NCBI GenBank assembly: GCA_016716005.1
Contig: JADJXE010000001.1
Coordinates: forward strand, 2,167,733 to 2,231,732
From: Acidimicrobiales bacterium
Lineage (GTDB): Bacteria > Actinomycetota > Acidimicrobiia > Acidimicrobiales > JADJXE01
Direction of reading: 5' to 3'
DNA: 64,000 nt
Below the pieces are notes generated by a model, which did no database searches, had not been told where the DNA came from, and saw nothing but the letters and a program-made list of their open reading frames with translations. Positions 39,937 through 48,635 of this stretch are shown here, piece by piece. A program made the position numbers and the translations under genes. Position 1 is the stretch's first letter. The number at the start of each line of letters is the position of its first letter.

Positions 39937-40529
39937 CAGGGCGCCGTCACCCCGAAGTGCTCCTCGATCCGGGCGGCGAGCTCGTCGGCCGACAGCTCGC
40001 CGTTGTGCAGCTCGAGCACCTCGCCGTCGGCGCTCACGAAGACCGTGGTCGGCATGACGATCCCGCCCACGTCCACGAGCAGGTCACCCGAGGGGTCGCG
40101 ACCGAGGTCGTAGCTGACGCCGGTCTCGTCGACGATCTGCTGGGCGTCGGTCAGGCGATCCTGGTTGGCGATGCCCAGGAACGCCACCTGGTCGCCCAGG
40201 CGCTGGTGCACCGCCTCGAAGTCGGGCATCTCGCGGACGCACGGTGCACACCACGAGGCGAAGAAGTTCAGCACCAAGGGCCTGCCCTGGTAGTCGGCCA
40301 GGCTGGCCGCCGAGCCGTCGAACCGCTCGAACGCCGTGTCGGGGGCGGGCTCTCCGTTGCCGGCACTGCTCTCGGGGACCCCGATCCGCTCCGGTTCGGG
40401 CCCGCCGCCGTCGCGCGCCACCCACACGACCAGGGCCACGGCTCCGACGAGGATGACCCCCAGGAGCAGCCCGAGCCCCAGGGAACGGCGCTTGGCGCTC
40501 GCCGGCGCGGGGTCGACAGGCTCGTCCAC
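39936..40529 (-). CDS. TlpA/ResA-family membrane-anchored thioredoxin-like protein
   Basis: N-terminal TM helix, then LVLNFFASWCAPCVREMP (CxxC). Its stop overlaps the ccdA start. Confidence 0.85.
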   Translation of the reverse strand: MDEPVDPAPASAKRRSLGLGLLLGVILVGAVALVVWVARDGGGPEPERIGVPESSAGNGEPAPDTAFERFDGSAASLADYQGRPLVLNFFASWCAPCVREMPDFEAVHQRLGDQVAFLGIANQDRLTDAQQIVDETGVSYDLGRDPSGDLLVDVGGIVMPTTVFVSADGEVLELHNGELSADELAARIEEHFGVTAP

Positions 40530-40637
40530 GGGACCGACGGTACCGACTCCGAGCCGGCCCGACCAGGCAGGCGGCCGACCTCCCGGTTGGCTGCCGGGGG
40601 GACGGGCGGCCCGGCGTGGGAGCGCGGGTGGACCGCA

Positions 40638-40682
40638 GGCAGGCCGGGGCTCGACGGGGGGCGGTCGTCGCCCCGGCCTGCC
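40638..40682 (-). terminator. long GC hairpin downstream of whiB7
   Basis: GGCAGGCCGGGG-21 nt-CCCCGGCCTGCC is a perfect 12-bp stem about 80 nt after the whiB7 stop. No U-tract. Confidence 0.4.
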
Positions 40683-40759
40683 GATGCGGTGAGCGGGCCG
40701 CGGTCACGGCCGCCCCGGGTGGGGGGAGCGGTCCGTGCCGCGGCGGAGGTGGACCCCGC

Positions 40760-41143
40760 TCAGGCCGAGCGGGTGCGGTCGAGGTAGCCCGGGGGCAGCG
40801 GCACCTCCGGCACCTCGGGCTCGGGCCTCGGGTGCTTCGGGGGTCGCCCCCGCCGGCGCTTCTGGGCGACGATCCGCCCGTCGGCGATCAGCTCGCCACC
40901 CCAGACGCCCCAGGGCTCGACCCGCTCCAGGGCACCGGCCAGGCAGGCCTCCCGCACGACGCAGCGCGAGCAGATCGCCTTGGCCCGGGCGATGTCGATC
41001 AGGTCGTCGGAGAAGAACAGCGAGCTCAGCGTGCCGTTGCTGTCGTTGCAGCGGGCCCGCACCCACCAGGTCTGCGGAGCCGGGGGCGCCGTGGGCGCCC
41101 GGGGCTGTTCGGGTTCGGGTTCGAGATCGATGGTGACGAGCAT
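40760..41143 (-). CDS. whiB7: WhiB7-type transcriptional activator (Fe-S WhiB domain + EPW motif + C-terminal AT-hook)
   Basis: 127 aa with Cys pattern C-x29-C-x2-C-x5-C. VEPWGVWGGELIADGRIVAQKRRRGRPPKH closely parallels M. tuberculosis WhiB7 AEPWGVWGGEIF...KRPRGRPRK. GGAAGGA RBS. Confidence 0.88.
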   Translation of the reverse strand: MLVTIDLEPEPEQPRAPTAPPAPQTWWVRARCNDSNGTLSSLFFSDDLIDIARAKAICSRCVVREACLAGALERVEPWGVWGGELIADGRIVAQKRRRGRPPKHPRPEPEVPEVPLPPGYLDRTRSA

Positions 41144-41535
41144 TGGAGTCCTTCCCCCCAGGTGGTCGTTCCGATCGGTTCCGGGAAAGCAAGAAGGCCG
41201 CCGGGATGTCCCGACGGCCTCCGGAGGAGCTTCGACGTGCGCTGCGGCTACGGCGAGAGCTCTGGAGGCCGAGTGGCCGGGGTGGCCGGGGTGGCGAGAC
41301 CGGTGGCCACCATGCGATCGAACCCGTGGTCGGCCACGGGGGACGCGGAGGTGGCGACGGGCCACGCGGCTGCGCACACGGTGGACGGCGCGACAGCCCG
41401 GCGACCCTGCGGGTTCGCCATGGTGCGGGGCTGCTCTGTCACGCCGGCTCCTCGGATCGGAACGAGGCCCGACCGAGCGGCCGGGCACCGCCAATGCCAG
41501 CACGCCCCTCGGGAGGCGTCAACCGAGTTTCCCGG
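41144..41535 (-). promoter_or_regulatory. whiB7 5' leader: candidate promoter, 57-codon uORF and attenuator hairpin
   Basis: TTGACG (41522-41517) is preceded after 3 nt by the AT-rich AAACT. The uORF runs ATG 41421 to TAG 41248 (MANPQGRRAVAPS..., Ala/Pro/Thr-rich). The hairpin is at 41196-41219. Confidence 0.45.
41183..41219 (-). terminator. intrinsic-terminator-like hairpin inside the whiB7 leader
   Basis: RNA GGCCGUCGGG-ACAU-CCCGGCGGCC has 10 bp including one G-U pair, followed by UUCUUGCUUUCC. It lies about 40 nt upstream of the whiB7 ATG and about 30 nt after the uORF stop. Confidence 0.5.
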
Positions 41536-41563
41536 GGCCGGGCCGGCGGTAGCGTCCGCGCTC

Positions 41564-42319
41564 GTGCCCGTCGCCGATCCCCTCGTGCCCCTGCCCCGAT
41601 CGGGCCGGACCTTCGGCGCCACCACGGTGGTGCGCCTGGGTGACGTCAGCCCGGCCGGCCGGCTCCGGCTCGACGCCCTCGCCCGGTACCTCCAGGACGT
41701 GGCCGGCGACGACGCCGCCGCCGCCGGCCTGCCGGGCGAGCAGGCCTGGGTGGTCCGCCGCACGGTCCTTCGCGTCGACCGGCCCGCGGTGCTGGGCGAG
41801 CACCTCCGGCTGACGACGTGGTGCGCGGGCCTGGGCCCGCGCTGGGCCGATCGCCGGACGTCGGTCGTCGGGGATCAGGGTGGGGGGGCCGAGGCCGCGA
41901 GCCTGTGGGTGTACGTCGATCCTCGGACCGGCCGGCCGCTGCGGCTGCCGCCGGGGTTCCACGAGCGCTACGGCGAGTCCGCGGGCGGCCGCACGGTTCG
42001 GGCCCGCCTCGCCCTGCCCGACCCGCCGGCCGGCGCCACCTCCCGCCCCTGGCCGCTGCGCTTCGCCGACTTCGACGCGCTCGGGCACGTGAACAACGCC
42101 GTCTCCTGGGCGGCCATCGAGGATGCCCTCGCCCCCCGGCGCGAGCTGCGGGCGCCCCTGGAGGCGGTCGTCGAGTGGCGGTCGCCGCTGGAGCGGGGGG
42201 CCGAGCCGGAGCTGGTGACCGCCGATGCGGCCGAGGGGCGCGCCGCCGGTCTGGCCGCCTGGCTCGTCGATCGCGGCGCGGTGGTCACCGCGGCGCAGGT
42301 GGGTCAGCGCAGGGCGTAG
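41564..42319 (+). CDS. acyl-ACP thioesterase-like (double hotdog) protein
   Basis: GTG start VPVADPLVPLP... RLGDVSPAGRLRLDALARYLQDVA and FADFDALGHVNNAVSW resemble the two hotdog repeats of the acyl-ACP thioesterase family. Confidence 0.6.
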   Translation: MPVADPLVPLPRSGRTFGATTVVRLGDVSPAGRLRLDALARYLQDVAGDDAAAAGLPGEQAWVVRRTVLRVDRPAVLGEHLRLTTWCAGLGPRWADRRTSVVGDQGGGAEAASLWVYVDPRTGRPLRLPPGFHERYGESAGGRTVRARLALPDPPAGATSRPWPLRFADFDALGHVNNAVSWAAIEDALAPRRELRAPLEAVVEWRSPLERGAEPELVTADAAEGRAAGLAAWLVDRGAVVTAAQVGQRRA

Positions 42320-43380
42320 CGGAGGACCCCGCCCTCGCCGTCGAGGCGCTCGGCCTCGCCGAGCAGCCGCAGGTGCTCGAGGTGCGCGTACGTCTCGCTC
42401 TCGGCCATGGAGCCCCAGGCCCGTGGCGAGAACACCTCGTGCGACAGGTCCTCCACCGTGGCCGGCCCCAGATCGGCCGTGGCCCGCCGAAGGGCGTCGA
42501 GGCGCTCCTCGTGGTGGCGACGGATCGCCTTGACGCGCTGCCGGGCATCGTCGAAGGGGTGGCCGTGGGCCGGCAGGACGGTGGTGACCCCGTCGAGCTC
42601 GCCGATCCGCTCCAGCGAGGCGAAGAAGGCGGCCAGCGGATCGGCGTCGAGGCCGAGGCCGCCGATGTGGGGCGTGATGGTGGGGAGCACGTGATCGCCC
42701 GAGAGCAGCACGCCCTCGGCCGGGTCGAACAGGCAGAGGTGGTCGGGGGTGTGGCCCGGGGTGTGCAGCGACACCCACTCGCGCCCGGCCAGGTGGACCA
42801 CCTCGGCATCGTCGACCCGCCGCGTGGGGGTGGGCCCGGGGAACCACCGGCGCAGCGACCCCCGCATCAACCCGAACACGACCCGCTGGCGCAGGGGCGG
42901 GCGGTGGCGCTGGCCCCCCCACGGGGTCTCCCGCTGCCAGGGGGAACGGCCGGCGCGGGCGCGGGCCGCCAGCTCGCGGTCGGGGTTGGCGGGCAGCTCG
43001 GGAGACTCGTCCTCGCCGGTCTCGTCGGGGTCCCAGAAGGTCCGGAAGCTGCGGTGGGTGACGATCTCGGCCCCGGTCTCCCGGCGGAGGCGCCCGGCCC
43101 CGCCGAAGTGGTCGGGGTGGGAGTGGGTGACCACCACGGTGTGGACCCGGCGCAGCGGGACGTCGGCCCGCTCCAGCCCGGCCCGGAGCGCCTTCCAGGC
43201 GGCGGGCCCGGGCAGGCCGGGGTCGACCACGGCCACCCCTCGCCGGTCCTCGAGCACGTAGCAGTTCACGTGGCCGAGCCCGGGCAGCGCGATGGGGAGC
43301 TGGACCCGTCGCACCCCGGGCGCGACCTCGGTCACGGCCTCGCCGGCCGGCTCCTGCTCCTGGCGGTGGGGCCGGGTCAT
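42304..43380 (-). CDS. MBL-fold metallo-hydrolase
   Basis: VVVTHSHPDHFGG (HxHxDH) plus downstream His/Asp ligands (HTPGHTPDH, PAHGHPF). Confidence 0.88.
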   Translation of the reverse strand: MTRPHRQEQEPAGEAVTEVAPGVRRVQLPIALPGLGHVNCYVLEDRRGVAVVDPGLPGPAAWKALRAGLERADVPLRRVHTVVVTHSHPDHFGGAGRLRRETGAEIVTHRSFRTFWDPDETGEDESPELPANPDRELAARARAGRSPWQRETPWGGQRHRPPLRQRVVFGLMRGSLRRWFPGPTPTRRVDDAEVVHLAGREWVSLHTPGHTPDHLCLFDPAEGVLLSGDHVLPTITPHIGGLGLDADPLAAFFASLERIGELDGVTTVLPAHGHPFDDARQRVKAIRRHHEERLDALRRATADLGPATVEDLSHEVFSPRAWGSMAESETYAHLEHLRLLGEAERLDGEGGVLRYALR

Positions 43381-43405
43381 CCGGCCAGGTTACTTGACCG
43401 CTCGG

Positions 43406-44017
43406 TCAAGTCGTCGGGCCGGGCACGGGTGGCACGGGGACGCCCGGGGGGCGGAAGCCGACCCTGCGGTAGAACCGGAGCTCCTCGACGCTCTCGCGGA
43501 TGTCGTCGAGGGCGCGGTGGCTCGTCGACTTCTCGGGTCGCCCGGCCATGACCTCGGGGTACCAGCGCCTCACCAGCTCCTTCACGCTCGAGACGTCGAC
43601 GGAGCGGTAGTGGAGGTACTCCTCGATGTCGGGGAGGTAGGCGGCCAGGAAGCGTCGGTCCGTCCCGATCGAGTTGCCGCACAGCGGCACCGTGCGGGGC
43701 TGGGGGACGTGGGCCCGGATGAAGGCCAGGGTGGCCAGGCCGGCCTCGGCGAGACCCGTGGTGCTGGCCTCGATGGCCGGCAGGAGGCCGCTCTTGGTGT
43801 GCATGGTGCGGACGACGTCGTCCATCCCGGCGAGCACCTCGGGTGGTTGGTGCACTACCAGCGCCGGGCCCTCGGCCACCACCGCGAGGTCGTCGTCGGT
43901 GACGAGCGTGGCTATCTCCACGATCGCGTGGCGGGCCGGGTCGAGCCCGGTCATCTCGAGGTCCATCCACACCAGCACGGCGGCGATGCTACGGCGCTTC
44001 CCTAGGCTGGCCGCCAT
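43406..44017 (-). CDS. orn: oligoribonuclease
   Basis: [27 protein letters not shown] and [11 protein letters not shown] (DEDDh exonuclease). The start is ambiguous: ATG 44017 shares a CATG with the dut start, and GTG 43978 or ATG 43966 are alternatives. Confidence 0.88.
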   Translation of the reverse strand: MAASLGKRRSIAAVLVWMDLEMTGLDPARHAIVEIATLVTDDDLAVVAEGPALVVHQPPEVLAGMDDVVRTMHTKSGLLPAIEASTTGLAEAGLATLAFIRAHVPQPRTVPLCGNSIGTDRRFLAAYLPDIEEYLHYRSVDVSSVKELVRRWYPEVMAGRPEKSTSHRALDDIRESVEELRFYRRVGFRPPGVPVPPVPGPTT

Positions 44018-44453
44018 GCTCGACCTGCCCGTGCTCCTCCTCGACCCCGACCTGCCGCTGCCGTCCTACGCGCACCCGGGCGACGCCGGGGCCGACCTGG
44101 TGGCCCGGGAGGGGGCGGTGCTGGCGCCCGGAGGGGGACGCGCCCTGGTGCCCACCGGGGTCGCGCTCGCCATCCCCGCGGGCTACGCCGGCTTCGTGCA
44201 GCCCCGCTCCGGCCTGGCGCTCCGCCACGGGGTGACGTGCCTGAACACGCCCGGTCTCATCGACGCCGGGTACCGCGACGAGATCAAGGTGATCCTGGTC
44301 AACCTCGACCCGGTCGAGCCCTACGAGGTGCACCGCGGCGACCGGATCGCCCAGCTGGTGATCCAGCGGGTCGAGCACGTGGCCTTCCAGCCGGTGGTCG
44401 CGCTGCCCGACTCGTCACGAGGGCTCGGCGGGTTCGGCCACACCGGGCGCTGA
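44016..44453 (+). CDS. dut: dUTP diphosphatase
   Basis: 145 aa with [27 protein letters not shown], and the C-terminal [12 protein letters not shown]. Confidence 0.93.
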   Translation: MLDLPVLLLDPDLPLPSYAHPGDAGADLVAREGAVLAPGGGRALVPTGVALAIPAGYAGFVQPRSGLALRHGVTCLNTPGLIDAGYRDEIKVILVNLDPVEPYEVHRGDRIAQLVIQRVEHVAFQPVVALPDSSRGLGGFGHTGR

Positions 44454-45683
44454 CGCCGGCCGGCGCCCGGCGAGCACCAGGGCAGCCAGGCCGGTGGTGA
44501 TCGGCACCGCCGCCACCAGGCCGATGCTCCCGACGAGGGTCCGCACGACCTCGACGGCCACGACCTCGCCGGTGATGATCTCGCCCAGCGGGCGACTCGC
44601 CTGGGTGAAGAGCAGCAGCAGCGGCAGGGACGCCCCCGCGTAGGCGAGCACCAGGGTGTTCACCGTCGAGGAGATGTGGTCGCGGCCGATGCGCAGGGCC
44701 GACCGGTACAGCTGGCGGGCGCCGAGCCCGGGGCTGGCCCGGCGCAGCTCCCACACCGCCGACACCTGGGTGACCGTGACGTCGTCGAGCACGCCGAGGG
44801 AGCCGATGACGATGCCGGCCAGCAGGAGCCCCCGCAGGTCGATCTGGTCGGACGACACCTGCAGGTAGATGGCCTCCTCGTCGCCGAGCCCGGTGAACCG
44901 GGCCAGGGACACGAACACCAGGCCGAGCAGGCCGGTGAGGGCGAGGCTCAGGAAGGTGCCGAGCAGGGCGGTGGTGGTGCGCGTGTTCACGCCGTGGGCG
45001 AGGTAGAGGGCGAGGAAGGCCACCGCCGAGGCGGAGACCAGGGCGACCGCGAGAGGGCTGTCGCCCTCGAGCAGCGCGGGGAGGGTGAACGCCACCAGCA
45101 CGAGCAGGCTCAGGGCCAGCCCGGCCAGCGCCCGCAGGCCCTGCCAGCGGCCCAGCACCACGACGGCCACCGCGAAGATCACCGCCAGGGCGACGAGCGG
45201 CCCGCGGCGCTGGAAGTCGGCGAAGTAGTACTGGAACCCCGGGTCGGCGTCGGGGGCGTAGCCGAGCACGATCCGGTCGCCGGCAGCGAGGCCGGGGTTG
45301 CTGGCACCGGGGGCGAGCTCGAAGGCGGCGACGTCGCCCTCGGTCGGCCCGTTCGTGATCCGCGCCTCGATCTCGTCGCACACGACCCCGTCGGAGGGTG
45401 CGGTCCCCTGGCAGGGCCCCTCGCGCACCGACGTGACCGTGGCGTCCACGAGCTGTGCCGGGAACCCGAGCTCTCCGAGGTCGGCGTCGGCCTCGCCCCG
45501 GGGCCACAGCAGCACCAGGCCGAGCAGGGTCAGGGCGCCGACCGCGGCCGCGGCGACCAGGAGGGCACGCCGTGCCGCCGAGGGTGCGAGCTCGGGCTCG
45601 TGACCGTCGCCGTGGGAGTGCGAGTGCGCGTGACCGCCGCCCATGGGGGCAGCATGGCCCATGCCCGCCGGCACACGGGCCAT
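44415..45683 (-). CDS. YibE/F-family membrane protein with His-rich N-terminus
   Basis: N-terminal [15 protein letters not shown], a soluble beta-rich segment, then about 8 TM helices ([12 protein letters not shown] motif), as in the YibE/F family. Confidence 0.75.
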   Translation of the reverse strand: MARVPAGMGHAAPMGGGHAHSHSHGDGHEPELAPSAARRALLVAAAAVGALTLLGLVLLWPRGEADADLGELGFPAQLVDATVTSVREGPCQGTAPSDGVVCDEIEARITNGPTEGDVAAFELAPGASNPGLAAGDRIVLGYAPDADPGFQYYFADFQRRGPLVALAVIFAVAVVVLGRWQGLRALAGLALSLLVLVAFTLPALLEGDSPLAVALVSASAVAFLALYLAHGVNTRTTTALLGTFLSLALTGLLGLVFVSLARFTGLGDEEAIYLQVSSDQIDLRGLLLAGIVIGSLGVLDDVTVTQVSAVWELRRASPGLGARQLYRSALRIGRDHISSTVNTLVLAYAGASLPLLLLFTQASRPLGEIITGEVVAVEVVRTLVGSIGLVAAVPITTGLAALVLAGRRPASAPGVAEPAEPS

Positions 45684-45692
45684 GCCTCCTCG

Positions 45693-46931
45693 TCAGTCGG
45701 CCAGGCTCCGGGGACGGCGGGCCGACAGGACGCCGTCGGCCAGCAGCCGCTCGAGCTCGGCGGCTCCCACGCCCACCTCGGCGAACACCTCACGGTTGTG
45801 CTCGCCGCGATAGGCGGGCCGGCCCCGCACCCCGCTGTCGGCGGCCGAGAACCGGATGGGCGAGTCGGGGATGCGAACGGTCCCCCCGTGGCGGTCGTCG
45901 ACGTCGACGATCACGCCCCGCTCACGGGCCCACTCGGTCTCGGCCACCTCGGCGACCGAGCGCACCACCCCCAGGGCCAGGTCCTCGGCCGCGAAGGCCT
46001 CGACCAGGAGGTCGAGGTCGTCGAACGACGACGTGAACTCGCAGAGGGCGTCGACGACGACGTCGAGGTGCTCGCGCCGGCCGGCCACCGTCTGGAGGCG
46101 GGGATCGTCGAGCAGGTCGCGCCGACCCATCACGGTGCAGTAGCGCTCGAACGTCCCCCGGCTCGCCGGGTGCCCGCTCACCGTGACCAGGTGGCCCTCG
46201 CCGGTCGGCAGCACGGGGTAGTCGCCGGGCGCGAACGAGGGCACCTCGTCGACCACGTCGATGCCGCTCAGCGGGTGGTGCGCGTGCTCGTTGACCGACA
46301 GCAGGGTCTCGGCCATCGACACCTCGACCCGCTGCCCCAGCCCGGTGCGCTCCCGCTGGTAGAGCGCAGCGAGGATGCCGGCCAGGCACTCCAGGGCCGT
46401 GTACACGTCGCCATGGGAGTGCGGATCGTTGCGGGGACGGCCCCCGTGGGCCTCGGCCGTGGCGTGGGTCATGCCGGCCTCGGCCTGCACGACCACGGCA
46501 TAGGCGCGGCGCTGGGCCCAGGGCCCGGTGCCGCCGAACCCTGTGATCGACGCGTACACGAGCCGCGGGTTCTGGGCTGCCAGCACGGTGTGGCCGAGAC
46601 CCAGGCGATCCATCACCCCCGGACGGAAGTTCTCGACCAGCACGTCGGCGGTGGCGGCGAGGCGGCGGAAGAGCGCCACGCCCTCGCGGCGGTGGAGGTC
46701 GAGCGACACGTTGCGCTTGCCGCAGTTCTGCTGGACGAAGTACGTCGCCAGCGAGCCGACCCGCGGGAACGAGAAGCGGGTGAGGTCCCCCTCGGGTGGC
46801 TCCACCTTGATGACGTCGGCGCCCAGGTCGGCGAGCATCCGGCCGCAGTGCGGCCCGGACAGCACCCGGCTGAGATCGAGCACGCGCAGGCCGGTGAGCG
46901 GGCCGTCGCCCCGGGCCACCTCCCGGCTCAT
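45693..46931 (-). CDS. CaiB/BaiF family III CoA-transferase
   Basis: Start MSREVARGDGPLTGLRVLDLSRVLSGPHCGRMLADLGADVIKVEPPEGD. ATGA overlap with the upstream DLH gene. Confidence 0.88.
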   Translation of the reverse strand: MSREVARGDGPLTGLRVLDLSRVLSGPHCGRMLADLGADVIKVEPPEGDLTRFSFPRVGSLATYFVQQNCGKRNVSLDLHRREGVALFRRLAATADVLVENFRPGVMDRLGLGHTVLAAQNPRLVYASITGFGGTGPWAQRRAYAVVVQAEAGMTHATAEAHGGRPRNDPHSHGDVYTALECLAGILAALYQRERTGLGQRVEVSMAETLLSVNEHAHHPLSGIDVVDEVPSFAPGDYPVLPTGEGHLVTVSGHPASRGTFERYCTVMGRRDLLDDPRLQTVAGRREHLDVVVDALCEFTSSFDDLDLLVEAFAAEDLALGVVRSVAEVAETEWARERGVIVDVDDRHGGTVRIPDSPIRFSAADSGVRGRPAYRGEHNREVFAEVGVGAAELERLLADGVLSARRPRSLAD

Positions 46932-47659
46932 CCCACGGGCCCCGCCGGGCCGAGGAAGCGCTCGAACCAGGCGAGGGTCCGGGCCCAGGCGTCGGCGGCC
47001 GAGCGGGGCTCGTACGAGGCCCGGGCGTCGCAGTGGAAGCCGTGCCCGGCGGCGGGGTAGCGCACGATCTCGGTCGGAACGGCGGCCGCCGCCGAGGCGG
47101 CGCGGAGGGCCTCCACGTCGGCCGTGGGGATCTGGGTGTCGAGGTCGCCGAAGAGCCCGAGGAACGGCGTCCGCAGGGCACCGGCCTCGCCGATCAGCGG
47201 GGGGAAGCCGGGGAGGCCGCGCCCGACGATCCCGCCTCCGTAGAAGCCGACGGCCGCGCCGAGGGCGCGCCGGACGGCCGCCAGGAAGGCGAAGCGGCCG
47301 CCGATGCAGAAGCCCACCACCCCGATGCGGCGGTCGTCCCATCCGGCGGACCGGAGGTGCGCCAGGGTGGCGTCGAGGTCGACCAGCACGGCGGCGTCGT
47401 CGAGCCCCGCGAACAGCTCGAGCACGGCGGGCATGTCGCCGTACGCGGCGGTGCCACCCCCGGCCCGGTGGAAGAGCGCCGGGGCGACCCCGTGGTAGCC
47501 GGCCTCGGCCACCCTCCGGGTGACGTCCTCGATGTGGTCGTTCACCCCGAAGGCCTCCTGCACGACCACGACGGCGCCGCGGGCGTGGCCGTCGGGCGTG
47601 GCCTCGTAGACCGGGAGCCGGCCGTCAGGGGTGGGGAGCTCGATCGTCTGCGCGGGCAC
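46928..47659 (-). CDS. dienelactone hydrolase family protein
   Basis: GTG start VPAQTIELPTPDGRLPVYEATP... Nucleophile elbow GVVGFCIGG, with GDLD and GHGF motifs. Confidence 0.85.
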   Translation of the reverse strand: MPAQTIELPTPDGRLPVYEATPDGHARGAVVVVQEAFGVNDHIEDVTRRVAEAGYHGVAPALFHRAGGGTAAYGDMPAVLELFAGLDDAAVLVDLDATLAHLRSAGWDDRRIGVVGFCIGGRFAFLAAVRRALGAAVGFYGGGIVGRGLPGFPPLIGEAGALRTPFLGLFGDLDTQIPTADVEALRAASAAAAVPTEIVRYPAAGHGFHCDARASYEPRSAADAWARTLAWFERFLGPAGPVG

Positions 47660-47777
47660 GGGCCGCGAGCGTAGGGTGCCGTCGCCCCGCCCGTGCGGTC
47701 CGAGGGGCCTGCCCCGAAGCGCCGTCCCGATCCACCGCGCGACGCGGTGCGCACCACCTGACAGAGGAGGACCGTCG

Positions 47778-48617
47778 ATGACCGAGCTCCCCCTGGCCGG
47801 CCGAGGCGCCCTGGTCACCGGAGGTGGCAGTGGGATCGGGCTGGCCGTGGCCCGTCGCCTGGTCGCCGACGGGGCCGCGGTGACGATCGGTGGGCGCAGC
47901 GAGGAGCGCCTCCGGGTGGCGGCCGAGCAGCTGGGCGCGTCGGCGCCGCCGGGGATCCCTGTGGGTTGGGTCGTGGTCGACGTGGCCGACGAGGAGCAGG
48001 TGCGGTCGGCCGTCGCCGCCGCGGCCGAGCCGGCAGGCGGGCTCCACCTGGCCGCGCTGGCTGCGGGCACGGGCACGCTCGGGCCGCTGGTGGTCACCCC
48101 CGTCGACGCCTGGCGGGCGGTGCTCGAGACGAACCTCACGGGGGCGTTCCTCTGCATCAAGCACGCCGCGCCGGCCATGGTCCGGGCCGGCGGGGGTGCC
48201 ATCGTGGCCGTCTCCTCCATCGCCGGGCCGCTCACCCACCGCTACATGGGCGCCTACGCCGTGAGCAAGACCGGGCTCGAATCGCTGGTGCGCAACGCCG
48301 CCGACGAGCTGGGTCGGGCCGGGGTGCGGGTCAACGCCGTGCGCCCGGGTCTGGTGCCGACGGAGCTGTCGGCGGCGCTGGCCGGCGACGAGGCCATCCG
48401 TGCCGACTACCTGGCCCAGATGCCCCTCGCCCGGCTGGGCACCCCCGACGACGTGGCGAACGGCGTGCGCTACCTGCTCGGGCCGGAGTCGGCATGGGTG
48501 ACGGGCCAGTGCCTCGCCATCGACGGCGGTCACACGCTGCGCCGCGGGCCCGACCTCGAGGCCGTGGCGCGGCTGCTCTTCGGCGACGACGCGGTCGAGG
48601 GGCGCGGCGCCCCCTGA
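47778..48617 (+). CDS. short-chain dehydrogenase/reductase
   Basis: Start MTELPLAGRGALVTGGGSGIG, with catalytic YAVSKTG. Confidence 0.88.
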   Translation: MTELPLAGRGALVTGGGSGIGLAVARRLVADGAAVTIGGRSEERLRVAAEQLGASAPPGIPVGWVVVDVADEEQVRSAVAAAAEPAGGLHLAALAAGTGTLGPLVVTPVDAWRAVLETNLTGAFLCIKHAAPAMVRAGGGAIVAVSSIAGPLTHRYMGAYAVSKTGLESLVRNAADELGRAGVRVNAVRPGLVPTELSAALAGDEAIRADYLAQMPLARLGTPDDVANGVRYLLGPESAWVTGQCLAIDGGHTLRRGPDLEAVARLLFGDDAVEGRGAP

Positions 48618-48635
48618 TCCTCGCCAGGGGCCGGG

